DNA of 61,394 bases from a virus (taxonomy: Duplodnaviria; Caudoviricetes). Positions 27,515 to 38,100 of the stretch are shown here, in pieces (within the stretch, counting starts at the first letter, position 1; the number at the start of each line of letters is the position of its first letter). Under the pieces are notes generated by a model that had not been told where the DNA came from, made no database searches, and saw nothing but the letters and a program-made list of their open reading frames with translations. Location of the stretch: IMG/VR virus record IMGVR_UViG_3300021139_000014, positions 1 to 61,394 of that record. One strand, 5' to 3'. The position numbers and the translations under genes are program-made.

Positions 27515-30500
27515 TTATTTATTTAATAAGTTATTTAATTGTAAAGTTAAGAAATCTATTTGAGCTTGTTGTTCTTTTATTGCCTCTACTAATAATGCTG
27601 ATACACCGTTATAGTTCATTGCATAACCTTTCTCTTCATCATATCTAACAAGTTCTGGAACAATAGGCTCTACCTCTTGAGCAATAAATCCTAATTCAGT
27701 TCCTTGATGCTTAGTTCCATCTCCCTTGTCTATGTATTCATAAGAAACACCTCTTAATGCTTTTACCTTATCTAATGAGTTTGATAAAGATGCAATGTCT
27801 TTTTTCATACGAGCATCTGAAGCATTATATAATCCAACGGTATATAAACCATAAATTAGATACAATGTGTAACCAGATACAGGGCTAGAACTTCCGATTG
27901 CATAAGAGGCAGTAGATGTGCTGTAGTAGAATGCCCATTTACCAATACTTTGTCCATAAATTCCAAAGTTGCCTCCATTCGCCATGAATGAAGAAATATT
28001 TCCAGTATTATCATATATAGAATATCCATTCCAACTGTTATTACCATATGTACATACGTTACCGTATGATGCTCCTTGTCTAGCAGGAGCGCACAATCCA
28101 TATCCATAATCATTAAAATATAATCCTGTAGAGCCATATACTCTAAACCAACCACCATTAACATACCAATCAGAAGCAGTACCGCTTGTTGATACTGTTA
28201 GGTTATTAAAAGTAACATAATCAGATGTTCTAACATACTGATTCATGTTTGAAGGATATGCGTCTGAGATTGTATCTAATGCCCTTGCCCAAGATTGATA
28301 ACTACCTCCTGCATAACTTCTAAACCAAAAATGGTTATCATAAAAAGACATACCATGCTGATGTCCGTAAACGTTAGTAGGATTCTCATGTCTTACATTC
28401 ACATAACTAAACCATGTTCCTACTGGATTTCCTGAACCTGCGTAGTCATTATAAAATCCACTAACCGCTGTGGTATTTGGAGCATTGCTAACTGTTAAAT
28501 TTGTTGCATCTAACCAAGCTGCTGGTTTACTAGATACGTTACTCCATGCAATAGAACCACTAAAACTAGATGCAGATACACTCCCAGAAAAAACAGCATT
28601 CCCACTATTTGATATATTAAAAAAAGACGTAGCATTTCTTCCTATAGAAAATTTATCAGTACCAACGCCAGAAGTACCAGGTCCAATATCCCAATAATAT
28701 GTTGCAGCAGGGTCACTAGCCATTCTAATAGTAGCACCTGTCATAGAACCAGAGAATCCATTATATCCTGGTTGAGTATATGAAATATGTGGATTAATGT
28801 GCATCACCCATCTATCTGCATTACTTCCATATAGTGTAGGATATGAACTTCCAGCCCAAGAAGCACCAATCTGTCCTAAATTTGCAGGATATGAACCTGA
28901 GTTATTAAATGTAATAGTTGAGTTAGCAACAACAGTATTACCATTAAATGAACCAGGAATAGTTAAATCTCCATTAGGTTTAAATTTCCAATATAAAGTA
29001 CCTAATCCATCTCCTCTATTACTTATAACAACATCACCATTAATATTAGTTGTTGGTCTCATAAATCCAAATGCAGGATAGTTATAATATCCTTGTCCTG
29101 ATACTACACTATAACAACTAATTAATGGATAAAATGTATCATCATTTTGAGTTACACTTATTGAGTTAGCCACAAATGGCATACCACCAATATTTTTTGT
29201 TGTTGATGGATACCCTGTAGGTACGATACCAACTAATTGACCTGTCAAATAACCACCACCAAGGGGTAAATAATTACTTAATCCAATCATTGACGCAACT
29301 GCTGCTGAAGAATAACTTCTTATATAAGTATCAGTACCATTAAAACCAGCTACATAACTAAGACCAGATGTATTGTTTTCTGTACCACCAACTGTAGTAT
29401 TAAAATATCTTGCAAATACATATCCAGAAGAATTTCTTTGTACTATTGTAGCTGCTGCATCTGCATTTTGAGATATATTAGATGCTGAGATTGTTCCTAT
29501 TGCATATAAATTACCACTAACATCCCATCCTCCTACTGTTTGACCTGATGTTGTATTGTAAAAATGGAATCCTGTTGTACCTACCAACTGAGAAGATGTT
29601 CTTAATCCAGCATACCACTGAGCATTACTATTCTTAAAATTCCACATTGCCTCAAGATTACCATTAGAGTATATCTGAGGGTATTGATGATATCCTGTAG
29701 AATATATTTCTAGTGCACTACCTACAGCATTTGATGGAGTATTTATTGTTAAAGTTCCGCCTATAGTACCACCGCTCAATGGTAAAGCATATGATGAATA
29801 ATTACCAGCATCTAAAATAGTGTTACCTGCATAACTAGGTCTAGCTCTAGGAAAATTTACTTGACCTGCATTTGTAGCGGTCATAAATAACTGAGGTCCT
29901 GTTGCGTATGAATCTGTAGTAGCAAAACCCATAGCTGTTCCGTAACTACTGTTATTAGATACATAAATACCAGCTTGAGGTATACCACCATCACCTTGCC
30001 ATGTTATAGCACCCTGATTCCCATTATTATTTGCTGGACCAGCTCCATTATTTATATGAATATTACCATACACTGTTTTTGCTACGTTAAAACTACCGTT
30101 AGATAATCCTGTAGCAGTTACATATGTAGAATAAAAAATACCTGTCAATGTACCCCCTGCTAATGGCAAGTAAGAACTAAGAGCTGAAGATGTAATATAT
30201 CCACTTGGGTTAGATGCTAGATAATATGTACTATTATCGTAACTGATTGTTGTACCTGAAATCTTAACAAAACCTGTTCCACTTAACGCAGCTTGTTTAC
30301 CATTAAATGTATTCCAATCAGTGCTTGAAAGGTATCCATTTGTCGAGGTACTAGCCTGTGTTATTGATATTGCACCTGTTGAGGTGTTATAGGTTATTGG
30401 TGCTGAACCTGACAATGAAGTCAAGCTAATGTAAGCACTTGGATTCGTACTATTATATGGAGTAAATCCTAAGGCAGTTGTAACATCACTTGAAGAAAGT

Positions 30501-32026
30501 GTAACCGCACCTGTCCTTGTATTGAAAGAAGTGACACCTGTTGATGGGATAGCCTGTGTAGATAATGTACCTGTTGAATCAGCAACAACCATTCTTGTTC
30601 CTGTACCAGATAAACTTCCAACTAAAACTCCACCGCCTGAATAGTTCAATCTAATTAATGTACTTCCCACTACAGATGCTCCATAGTAACCTTGGAAGTC
30701 TACATACGATGTTCCTGACGTACCACCTACTGACCAAACACCAAAGGCGTTATTACCCCCTGCTGATGGGTCAGCATTAATAACTGTTATACTTGCAGTT
30801 CTTCCTGTATTTTTAACAAGAAGACCTCCGTTAATATCTAATGAATATGTTGTAGAAACGTAAGGGCTTGATGTGTTAATTCCTATACCATTTCCGTTAT
30901 CGTAAATAATACTACTACCTATTGTTCCGCTTGCAGTAAACTTAGCTAAATAGTTTGTTGTACCACTTCCTCCAATTTTAGAATTGAAGGTAGTCCAATC
31001 AGCGGAACTCAATGCCCCTCTGTTAGATGAAGAGGCAGTAGGAATATTAAAGGTATGTGTTGAGGTAGAACTTGAAATGTTAAAGTCACTACCACTTGTT
31101 CCTGTAGCAAAGTTTTGTACCTGTGCAGTCAAACCATTCAAGGCAGTAATACCTGTTGTGAATGTTGTGATTACCTCACTCAAGTTATTATTTTGGGTGT
31201 GCATGGTAATTGTTCTTCCTGCTGTCACAACATAAACTCTTACAGCTAATCTATCCGTTAAGGCTAGTGTAGTTGTAGGTACTGATAAGGCAGTTGTATA
31301 TAGGTCAACTGCTGTTCCGTTGGTAATATATTCTGGGTTACCTGAACTTGTGGCAATCAAGGTAAACGAACCATTATATTTATATAACTCTACATAGAAG
31401 TAAGGACTACCACCTGTAGAACTAGATTGCATGTAAATCTCAAAGTTCCAGTTACCTGCAGGTATTAATAACTGATTAGGACTTCCTGAATCAGTTAAGA
31501 AAGATGCTATATAACCATTGGAAGAAATATTAAAATCTGCGCTTGAGCCTGTATTAGCAGTGGTGCTCATTTGCTGATAACCTGTCACACCTGATGCTAC
31601 ACCACCATTAAAATAAAATGCCTGACTAGCACCACCACCGCCTGCTCCTGGGTTGTAAGTTGCTAATGTACCATCACCACGAATATATTGAGCAGTTGTA
31701 CCTGCACCTGTAATTGAAATAGTACCTGAGCCTGTTACTGGTCCTGAAACATTGAATGCTGATGGCATTGAAATAGCCACAGAGGTAACCGTACCTACAC
31801 TCCAACTTCTATTTGTGCTGATGTCGTAGGAGGTACCATTTATACTAAGAATAGTTCCACTAGAGGCAGCACTTATATCTGATAATAACTCAGAAGAAGT
31901 TCTGTAGGCTAATAGATTACTAGAGTTTAAAACTAAAAACTTATTGGTATTAACGCCTGCATCAGAGACAGTATTAAACTTACTGCCACCTGTGACATCA
32001 ATACCATTCAATATTTTCTTAGACAT
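27515..32026 (-). CDS. Long tail fibre with C-terminal intramolecular chaperone (S74-like)
   Basis: Gly/Ser/Thr-rich; repeated LPL.GG.(L/I).G and SS.DW.TFN modules; SDARMKKDI...GFIAQEVE...LVEAIKEQ. Confidence 0.9.
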   Translation of the reverse strand: MSKKILNGIDVTGGSKFNTVSDAGVNTNKFLVLNSSNLLAYRTSSELLSDISAASSGTILSINGTSYDISTNRSWSVGTVTSVAISMPSAFNVSGPVTGSGTISITGAGTTAQYIRGDGTLATYNPGAGGGGASQAFYFNGGVASGVTGYQQMSTTANTGSSADFNISSNGYIASFLTDSGSPNQLLIPAGNWNFEIYMQSSSTGGSPYFYVELYKYNGSFTLIATSSGNPEYITNGTAVDLYTTALSVPTTTLALTDRLAVRVYVVTAGRTITMHTQNNNLSEVITTFTTGITALNGLTAQVQNFATGTSGSDFNISSSTSTHTFNIPTASSSNRGALSSADWTTFNSKIGGSGTTNYLAKFTASGTIGSSIIYDNGNGIGINTSSPYVSTTYSLDINGGLLVKNTGRTASITVINADPSAGGNNAFGVWSVGGTSGTSYVDFQGYYGASVVGSTLIRLNYSGGGVLVGSLSGTGTRMVVADSTGTLSTQAIPSTGVTSFNTRTGAVTLSSSDVTTALGFTPYNSTNPSAYISLTSLSGSAPITYNTSTGAISITQASTSTNGYLSSTDWNTFNGKQAALSGTGFVKISGTTISYDNSTYYLASNPSGYITSSALSSYLPLAGGTLTGIFYSTYVTATGLSNGSFNVAKTVYGNIHINNGAGPANNNGNQGAITWQGDGGIPQAGIYVSNNSSYGTAMGFATTDSYATGPQLFMTATNAGQVNFPRARPSYAGNTILDAGNYSSYALPLSGGTIGGTLTINTPSNAVGSALEIYSTGYHQYPQIYSNGNLEAMWNFKNSNAQWYAGLRTSSQLVGTTGFHFYNTTSGQTVGGWDVSGNLYAIGTISASNISQNADAAATIVQRNSSGYVFARYFNTTVGGTENNTSGLSYVAGFNGTDTYIRSYSSAAVASMIGLSNYLPLGGGYLTGQLVGIVPTGYPSTTKNIGGMPFVANSISVTQNDDTFYPLISCYSVVSGQGYYNYPAFGFMRPTTNINGDVVISNRGDGLGTLYWKFKPNGDLTIPGSFNGNTVVANSTITFNNSGSYPANLGQIGASWAGSSYPTLYGSNADRWVMHINPHISYTQPGYNGFSGSMTGATIRMASDPAATYYWDIGPGTSGVGTDKFSIGRNATSFFNISNSGNAVFSGSVSASSFSGSIAWSNVSSKPAAWLDATNLTVSNAPNTTAVSGFYNDYAGSGNPVGTWFSYVNVRHENPTNVYGHQHGMSFYDNHFWFRSYAGGSYQSWARALDTISDAYPSNMNQYVRTSDYVTFNNLTVSTSGTASDWYVNGGWFRVYGSTGLYFNDYGYGLCAPARQGASYGNVCTYGNNSWNGYSIYDNTGNISSFMANGGNFGIYGQSIGKWAFYYSTSTASYAIGSSSPVSGYTLYLIYGLYTVGLYNASDARMKKDIASLSNSLDKVKALRGVSYEYIDKGDGTKHQGTELGFIAQEVEPIVPELVRYDEEKGYAMNYNGVSALLVEAIKEQQAQIDFLTLQLNNLLNK

Positions 32027-32029
32027 TTA

Positions 32030-33124
32030 TTATTTTTTAATGATAACACGGTACGCATTAGAAGCAGGAGCTACTGCAAATGAAACTGTTACGGTGTTTG
32101 TATCCGTAATAACCACATCTGTAATAACCTCTTCTAAGGTTGTGTTATCTTTAATCATTACAATCACATCCACTGTTCCTAGGTTATGAACAACAGCATA
32201 AGAGGTATTTGAACCATTACCAATGTTTGCTGCATATCCACCTGTTCTATTATTTAAAAGTGTTGTTAACTTTAATGGAGTAACTGCTGTAGTGTCGTCA
32301 GTACCTGTGTTAGTTTGTGTTTGAGTAGCAATCTTAACTAAACCTAAGGTAGTTTCTGTTGCTTGGTCTCTGTTAACCTCTAATTGAATCCAATCAGCAG
32401 CAGAGGTAGTAGATGCGTTATTAATTTTTGCAATAATAACATCCCCAACATTGAAAGCAACGCCACCTGTTGTACCTGCCACAGACACATACCAATAGTC
32501 TCCTTTCTTTGTTCCTGATACAGGAGTTGAGCCTACAGGGAATGTACCACTTGAGGCATCCCATGCACCCTCTAAATTTCCTAATGCACCAATCTGTGCA
32601 TCAATGTAAGCCTTTGTAGCTGAAGAGGTTGCAAGGGTTGTTGAACTTGCACTTGCTAAGTCAGTAACAATGATTACCTCTGAAGGAGTAGCAGTAGCAC
32701 CAGAGGTATTACCAATTACAGTCAAGTTTGATGCTTGTTGTAATTTAGCATAGGTAACCTGATTAGCACCAATTTTTATTGTTGTAACTGCACCATCATT
32801 TAATTTAGCAGTTGTAATTCCTAAGTCTTTTACTCTTACCGTGTCAGCATTAATCTCAATAGTAGCATTATCCACGTTAACATCTAAGGTTACAGAACCT
32901 GAGGTTCCACCACCTGTTAAACCATTACCTGCAACTACCGCCTGAATGTCTCCTGAGATGTCAATCCAAGAAGTACCATTCCAGAAATATATTGTTGTTG
33001 AGGTTGTATCATAATACACCTGACCTGCAACAGGGCTGCTAGGAGCTGATGACAAGTTTTGAATCGCTACGTTAAGTATCTGATTCTTCGTGAGGTCTAG
33101 GTTGGTAAGAAATTTCTTTGACAT
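32030..33124 (-). CDS. Tail fibre/spike-type structural protein
   Basis: GLVKIATQTQTNTGTDDTTAVTP fibre repeat; HNLG C-terminal domain. Confidence 0.7.
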   Translation of the reverse strand: MSKKFLTNLDLTKNQILNVAIQNLSSAPSSPVAGQVYYDTTSTTIYFWNGTSWIDISGDIQAVVAGNGLTGGGTSGSVTLDVNVDNATIEINADTVRVKDLGITTAKLNDGAVTTIKIGANQVTYAKLQQASNLTVIGNTSGATATPSEVIIVTDLASASSTTLATSSATKAYIDAQIGALGNLEGAWDASSGTFPVGSTPVSGTKKGDYWYVSVAGTTGGVAFNVGDVIIAKINNASTTSAADWIQLEVNRDQATETTLGLVKIATQTQTNTGTDDTTAVTPLKLTTLLNNRTGGYAANIGNGSNTSYAVVHNLGTVDVIVMIKDNTTLEEVITDVVITDTNTVTVSFAVAPASNAYRVIIKK

Positions 33125-33129
33125 TATTT

Positions 33130-33474
33130 TTAATTTAAGTAAGCCATACCGCTAAATGCAGCGCTAAATGTTATTGTTATTTGATTGATTGAATTATAAT
33201 GAACCTCGCCTATTACCTCATCATTCGCACTATCCACTATATTTACTGAGGCAAATTTACCTAAATTATGATTAATAACCCAAACGCTTGCAGGCGTGGT
33301 TTGAGTAAACACATAAGCTAAATCTTGAGCTGCAGGAATCTTACCTGTAGAGTCTAAGGTAGCGACACCATTTGCTGCTCCATAAGGCACAGTTGTAACA
33401 GGTCCGTTTGTTGCCAAAAGAACACCGCTATCCGTCCTTAATTTTAATTCGTGCTCAACGTATATTTGGCTCAT
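33130..33474 (-). CDS. Virion structural protein
   Basis: ANGVATLDSTGKIP; WVINHNLG domain. Confidence 0.65.
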   Translation of the reverse strand: MSQIYVEHELKLRTDSGVLLATNGPVTTVPYGAANGVATLDSTGKIPAAQDLAYVFTQTTPASVWVINHNLGKFASVNIVDSANDEVIGEVHYNSINQITITFSAAFSGMAYLN

Positions 33475-33479
33475 AATTT

Positions 33480-34076
33480 CTAGTTAAACAAGGTAACAAT
33501 AACAACACCTGCTCCTAATGAGTTAGCGAATGTTATTTGACCTGTATTTGTGTTCCATAAAACCTCGTCAGTAGCTGGACTACCACTTGTTATAATTTTG
33601 TTTACCGTAGCACCACCTCTTGAAATATATGCTAAAGACTTACCTGCCATATCAGCATAGGTAATTGATGTCTCTCCACCTGTAGCTGTATAAGATTTAT
33701 TTGTAAGGGTAATAGCATAAACAACATTTGTAATTACAGAGGCAGTTGGCTGACCTGTAATAATTCCATTTGTGCTTCCTGAAACAACAACTGCATTTTG
33801 AATCCAATGACCTATATAACCATACAAGAAGTTAATCAATCTGTCATAGGTAGGATTACCTGCATACCCAGGAACATATGCCTGAATAGCTGTATTCAAA
33901 CTATTGTAATAAGGTTGATAATACCTTAACACATCAGTCATAATATAAATCAACTCTAACCTATCCGTTTCATCTACCCAATTATAATACTTCTCTATCT
34001 CATACTCATCAGCTCCTAGGAACAATGAAATATCAGAGTATTGAAGTATGGAGGTTATTTGGTCGTTACTATGCAT
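33480..34076 (-). CDS. Putative virion structural protein
   Basis: Position in the tail module; beta-rich C-terminus. Confidence 0.6.
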   Translation of the reverse strand: MHSNDQITSILQYSDISLFLGADEYEIEKYYNWVDETDRLELIYIMTDVLRYYQPYYNSLNTAIQAYVPGYAGNPTYDRLINFLYGYIGHWIQNAVVVSGSTNGIITGQPTASVITNVVYAITLTNKSYTATGGETSITYADMAGKSLAYISRGGATVNKIITSGSPATDEVLWNTNTGQITFANSLGAGVVIVTLFN

Positions 34077-34618
34077 TAGAATCTAATACTTGATTGTGAG
34101 ATAATAGTAGCCGCTCTTGATAGGGCTGCCTGAGAAGAGAATTGGTCTCCATAACTTCCCGCATTCACTGCCGTAACCTTTTCTCTTTGTAACTGAACTA
34201 AACTATCCTTAAACACAGGGTCAGATAATCTTATAGGATTACTTGCCAAAATCTGCGCAGCATTATAAATAGCCTGATTAGTAAAACCAACCATGGTAAC
34301 CACATTAGTAGAGCTATATACCGAACCTGTAACAGGACTTGTCTTATTTAAACTCAACTGAATACTTAAGGCTAAGTCGGCAGTAAAACCTGTGATAGTA
34401 ATAGTATCAGCACCACCAATAGGGAAGTCTACATAACCTGAGGTGTTGCCGGCAGGGAAAACCAATGGCGTACCATCTACATAATAAATATATAATCTTC
34501 TCCAATTAAAACCACTTTTAGGCTCACTAGAAGCGGTATAGTTAGAAGTATCTGTAATCGTTAAGGATGTTCCATTAGCTGATTGCTGTACAGTATATGA
34601 AGCTACAAAAGTACCCAT
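34076..34618 (-). CDS. Putative virion structural protein
   Basis: First gene after the promoter at 34633-34640; Ser/Thr-rich. Confidence 0.6.
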   Translation of the reverse strand: MGTFVASYTVQQSANGTSLTITDTSNYTASSEPKSGFNWRRLYIYYVDGTPLVFPAGNTSGYVDFPIGGADTITITGFTADLALSIQLSLNKTSPVTGSVYSSTNVVTMVGFTNQAIYNAAQILASNPIRLSDPVFKDSLVQLQREKVTAVNAGSYGDQFSSQAALSRAATIISQSSIRF

Positions 34619-34621
34619 AGA

Positions 34622-34640
34622 AATATTTTACACAAATATA
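34622..34640 (-). promoter_or_regulatory. Late promoter/leader TATATTTGTGTAAAATATT
   Basis: Contains TAnnTTTG; identical 19-mer at 51085-51103. Confidence 0.7.
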
Positions 34641-34645
34641 CTAAA

Positions 34646-34976
34646 ATAATCGGTTAGGTACATATCAGGTTTTATATCCAAGGAAAAGTATTCACTGGAT
34701 TTTCAACTACTTTATTTACAACTTGTAGTATCATAGCCTTTCAATGCGCCCCATATCCTAAGGGTATATCAGTTTAATACTTAGTTTCCTTGTCGGCAGT
34801 CGTCAACCTGTAAGACGTTGCTACCACTTTTACTGATATATATGTCTCCACTTATTTAAAAGGTCGGCTATTCAGCTCCCGAAAATATAAGTGTTAAGCA
34901 CCAAAGACAGCAAACTTTCATTTAGAAGGCAGTTGTGCCTTAATAGGGAAAAACGTGTTAAAACCTAACCGATTAT
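34646..34976. ncRNA. Putative ~330-nt structured non-coding RNA of unknown class
   Basis: Perfect 14-bp terminal inverted repeat plus several internal helices; no ORF of 60 aa or more. Confidence 0.6.
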
Positions 34977-34983
34977 GGGAAAT

Positions 34984-35124
34984 AAAAAACCCACCAAATG
35001 AGAGTTGATGGGTTGATTAAAACACTTCCATTGGAAGCAGAACAATAATACTGAGACTATTGCGGGGATTATTCAACCCGATAACGTACTCTCATTACCT
35101 TATCGGATTTGCAATACAAAATTA
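34984..35124 (-). promoter_or_regulatory. Promoter plus leader with terminator/antiterminator
   Basis: TAATTTTG at 35117-35124; terminator near 34984-35014 whose loop and 5' arm are complementary to upstream leader sequence. Confidence 0.55.
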
Positions 35125-35142
35125 GTAATTATTTTTAAATTA

Positions 35143-38100
35143 TCAAAACTTGTTTTTACTTATTTTATTTTTTTTATTGTCTTCTTCTAAGGCTGTATTA
35201 ACTACTCTTTCAGCTAAATTTTGCATAGGGATGGCATATCCATTAAGCATTAACACAAACTGTAAGGTAGAAATACTTGTTTTTAAGGCTAAATAAGTAT
35301 CCTTTTCTTTATCTGGAACTTCATTAGGAGATTTAGTTAAAAGCTTACCAGCAGCTTCCATACCACCAGCAAGGTCAACTATACTAGAACTAACCTCAGA
35401 CAAGGCAGCAACATTCTGTAATAACAAATGGTCTATTTCTTTTTGAGAAGTAACCTTACTTACAGCCGCTCCTCTCTTTGTTTCTAACTTAGGAATCTTA
35501 TGATAAGTAATATTATTCATGATATTTTCAGACCAATCCATTATCTGAGCATTCTCCTTCGGAGTAAGCACCTTATCAGCCCAATTTGAATTAGCGGCAT
35601 AGTAAGCTGATGTAGCTAATCCATCTGCCATTGCTCTACCTAATGAACCATATTGGCTAAAGGCAAGCTGACCCATGTTAGCTATTAATTCTTGAGCTGC
35701 TCCTTGTTTGTCAAACTTAGACATTAATTGGTCCTTATAGTAATCAGCTGAACTGTCATCCTTACCTACTGATTTAGCAATAGCTAATTGTTGTAAATAA
35801 CTTGTTACGTTGTTTAAATATCCCATCATAGTGATACCAGCCATAATACCTAATGGCTTAGATAATTCGCTTACTGCTCCAACATCACCTTTAGCTGCTC
35901 TATCTTTAAAATCTTTCATACCTTTTATGAATGATTCATACTCTCTATTAGTATAACCTCCAACGAATCCAACAATTTTACCAATCGTACCAGAAGCTTC
36001 TATTTGTCCAAAAGGGACTGCTACAGTTCTTCTTCTTGCTCCAGTAGTAGTAGCACCTATGATTTCTTCTGTTTCTTGGTCAGCAATTGAACCAGCATCA
36101 TTTAATGCTTTCTTAAATTTATTTCTATAAGAAGCATCGCTGATAAATTTATTACCATCGAAATTCTCTCCAGTAATTTCCTTGAATGAATCTCTAAACG
36201 TAGGCATCCAAATCATGTTATTAAAATGAGCCTCGGTAAATCCACTCAACCATTTTGCACCTTCTTGTAACCATCCATGTCCAGTAGTTACTTTACCAGT
36301 ATCAATATCAAAGTTTGCATTAATATTCTCCTTGATTCTTATTGGACTTTTTGTAAACTCTTTAACTGCATCTGATATTTTATTTCCTTTAAATACCTCA
36401 GCATAACCCTGGAATCCAGTTTTACCTCTTATAGGATATGTTACAAATCCAACAGCCGCTTCCTTGAATGCTCTAATTGGGTCAAAGAATATTTTAACAG
36501 AAGTAGCTGATAATAGCTTATCTACAAACTTCTGTCCAGCATCAGACTTAACACCTTGTAATTGAGATTTTAATCTTTCACCAAGCTCTTGTTCTGTAGC
36601 TATTAAAACATCTTTATTTTCAGGTCTTAATAGCTCTAGGTTTGTATTAATAACTTTTCTTGCCTGACTAAGCATCTTTGTTAAATGATAATCCTCAAAT
36701 GTATTCTTAGCAGCGGTATTCATTAGGTAACCAAAATCTGTCATAGGTAAATCAGACTTCATTACATCCTTTATAATACGTTCTTTACCAAATGGACTAG
36801 CTATTCTAAGAGGAGTCTTACCAACCTCAGATGCTGCTGTTGGAATTACCTTGTCCTTATAATACATTCTAGGCATATAAAAAGGAACCTTCTCAAGACT
36901 CTTACCTCTCAAGCTATTAGCATACTCTTGTTTATCTGTTACATTATTTTCAAATAAATTTGTAACAGCATCTAATGCAGCTCTTTGTTCTTTGGTTAAA
37001 TATTTATCTCCTCCGTTTATAAAATCGTTATACACATCCTCTAAGTCAACCATTCCATCAGCACCTTTTGGTATTGATTCGTAAGCATCTTTCATTCTTG
37101 TTTCAGTATCCTTATATCCTAATAATTTCTTAAAGTTAGATACCTTATCTGGGATGCTTCTTGTTTTATCTTTATTATTTAATTTCAAGCCAAACTCATC
37201 TACAGTACCTACATCTTTAATGTTCTTATATCTCTCATCAAACTTTTTAGAATACTCTTGAAGATAATGTACAATCATACCCATTTTATGGGAGTCCTGG
37301 TTCTCTATTTTGTTTGCCTTGAATATATCAGCAACTGCCTTACCAAAATCCTTTGAATCTTTTGTGTAATCAGCAAGACCTTTATTGAAAGGAGATATAA
37401 GTTTTAACCAAAAATCATTACCTAATTTATTTGCTTTTATTCCTAACTTACTAGCCCAATATGTAATGTCTGTTTTAGCTAATTTTTTAGCTGCTGCAGA
37501 TACTGTAGTTTCTTTTAAACCACTTAATTCATCAGCTATACCAGTTGAGTTTTTAGCCTCAAGAGATGTAACAACATCATGAAATTTAGCGACATCTATA
37601 TAGCCATCATTAGCAACCCCCATAGCCTCATTTAATACATATAAATCTTCTATTGATAAAGATTTTAAATCCTCATCTGATAAACTATTTATTTGGTCAA
37701 TAAGTTCTTTTTGCTCTGGCGTTACTTCGTAATCTGGTTCTATCTTGTTGCCTCTTATATCATTGATGAAATCATCTTTTATCTTAGATATTTGGTCCTT
37801 ATATTTTTCTTCAAACTTAGATTGCTCAAAAGCAACACTACTTGCTATGTCATCATATTCCTCTTGAGTTATATCCTCATTTTCTAATAGCTGATTAAGT
37901 CTTCTTTTAAGCTTGTTTGTATCACCTATTATTTTTACATAATCCTCTATTGTTTCAACCTTGTTATTATGTATGTCATTTAATAAATCTAATGCTTGTT
38001 CTGATGTTTTTACATTATCAAAAACCTTATCCTCTTTTGATTCAGCTTTTATTCTTTCAATGTCAGCAGACATTTCAACCATTAATCTAGGATTAGGAAC

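Noticed and set aside
27515-32026. Diversity-generating retroelement acting on the tail fibre
   Set aside because: No reverse transcriptase and no adenine-variable template/variable repeat pair were seen; the internal repeats are ordinary fibre modules.
34646-34976. tmRNA, RNase P RNA or group I intron
   Set aside because: No tRNA-like ends or tag ORF, no GAGGAAAGUCC motif, and the flanking genes are intact rather than interrupted.
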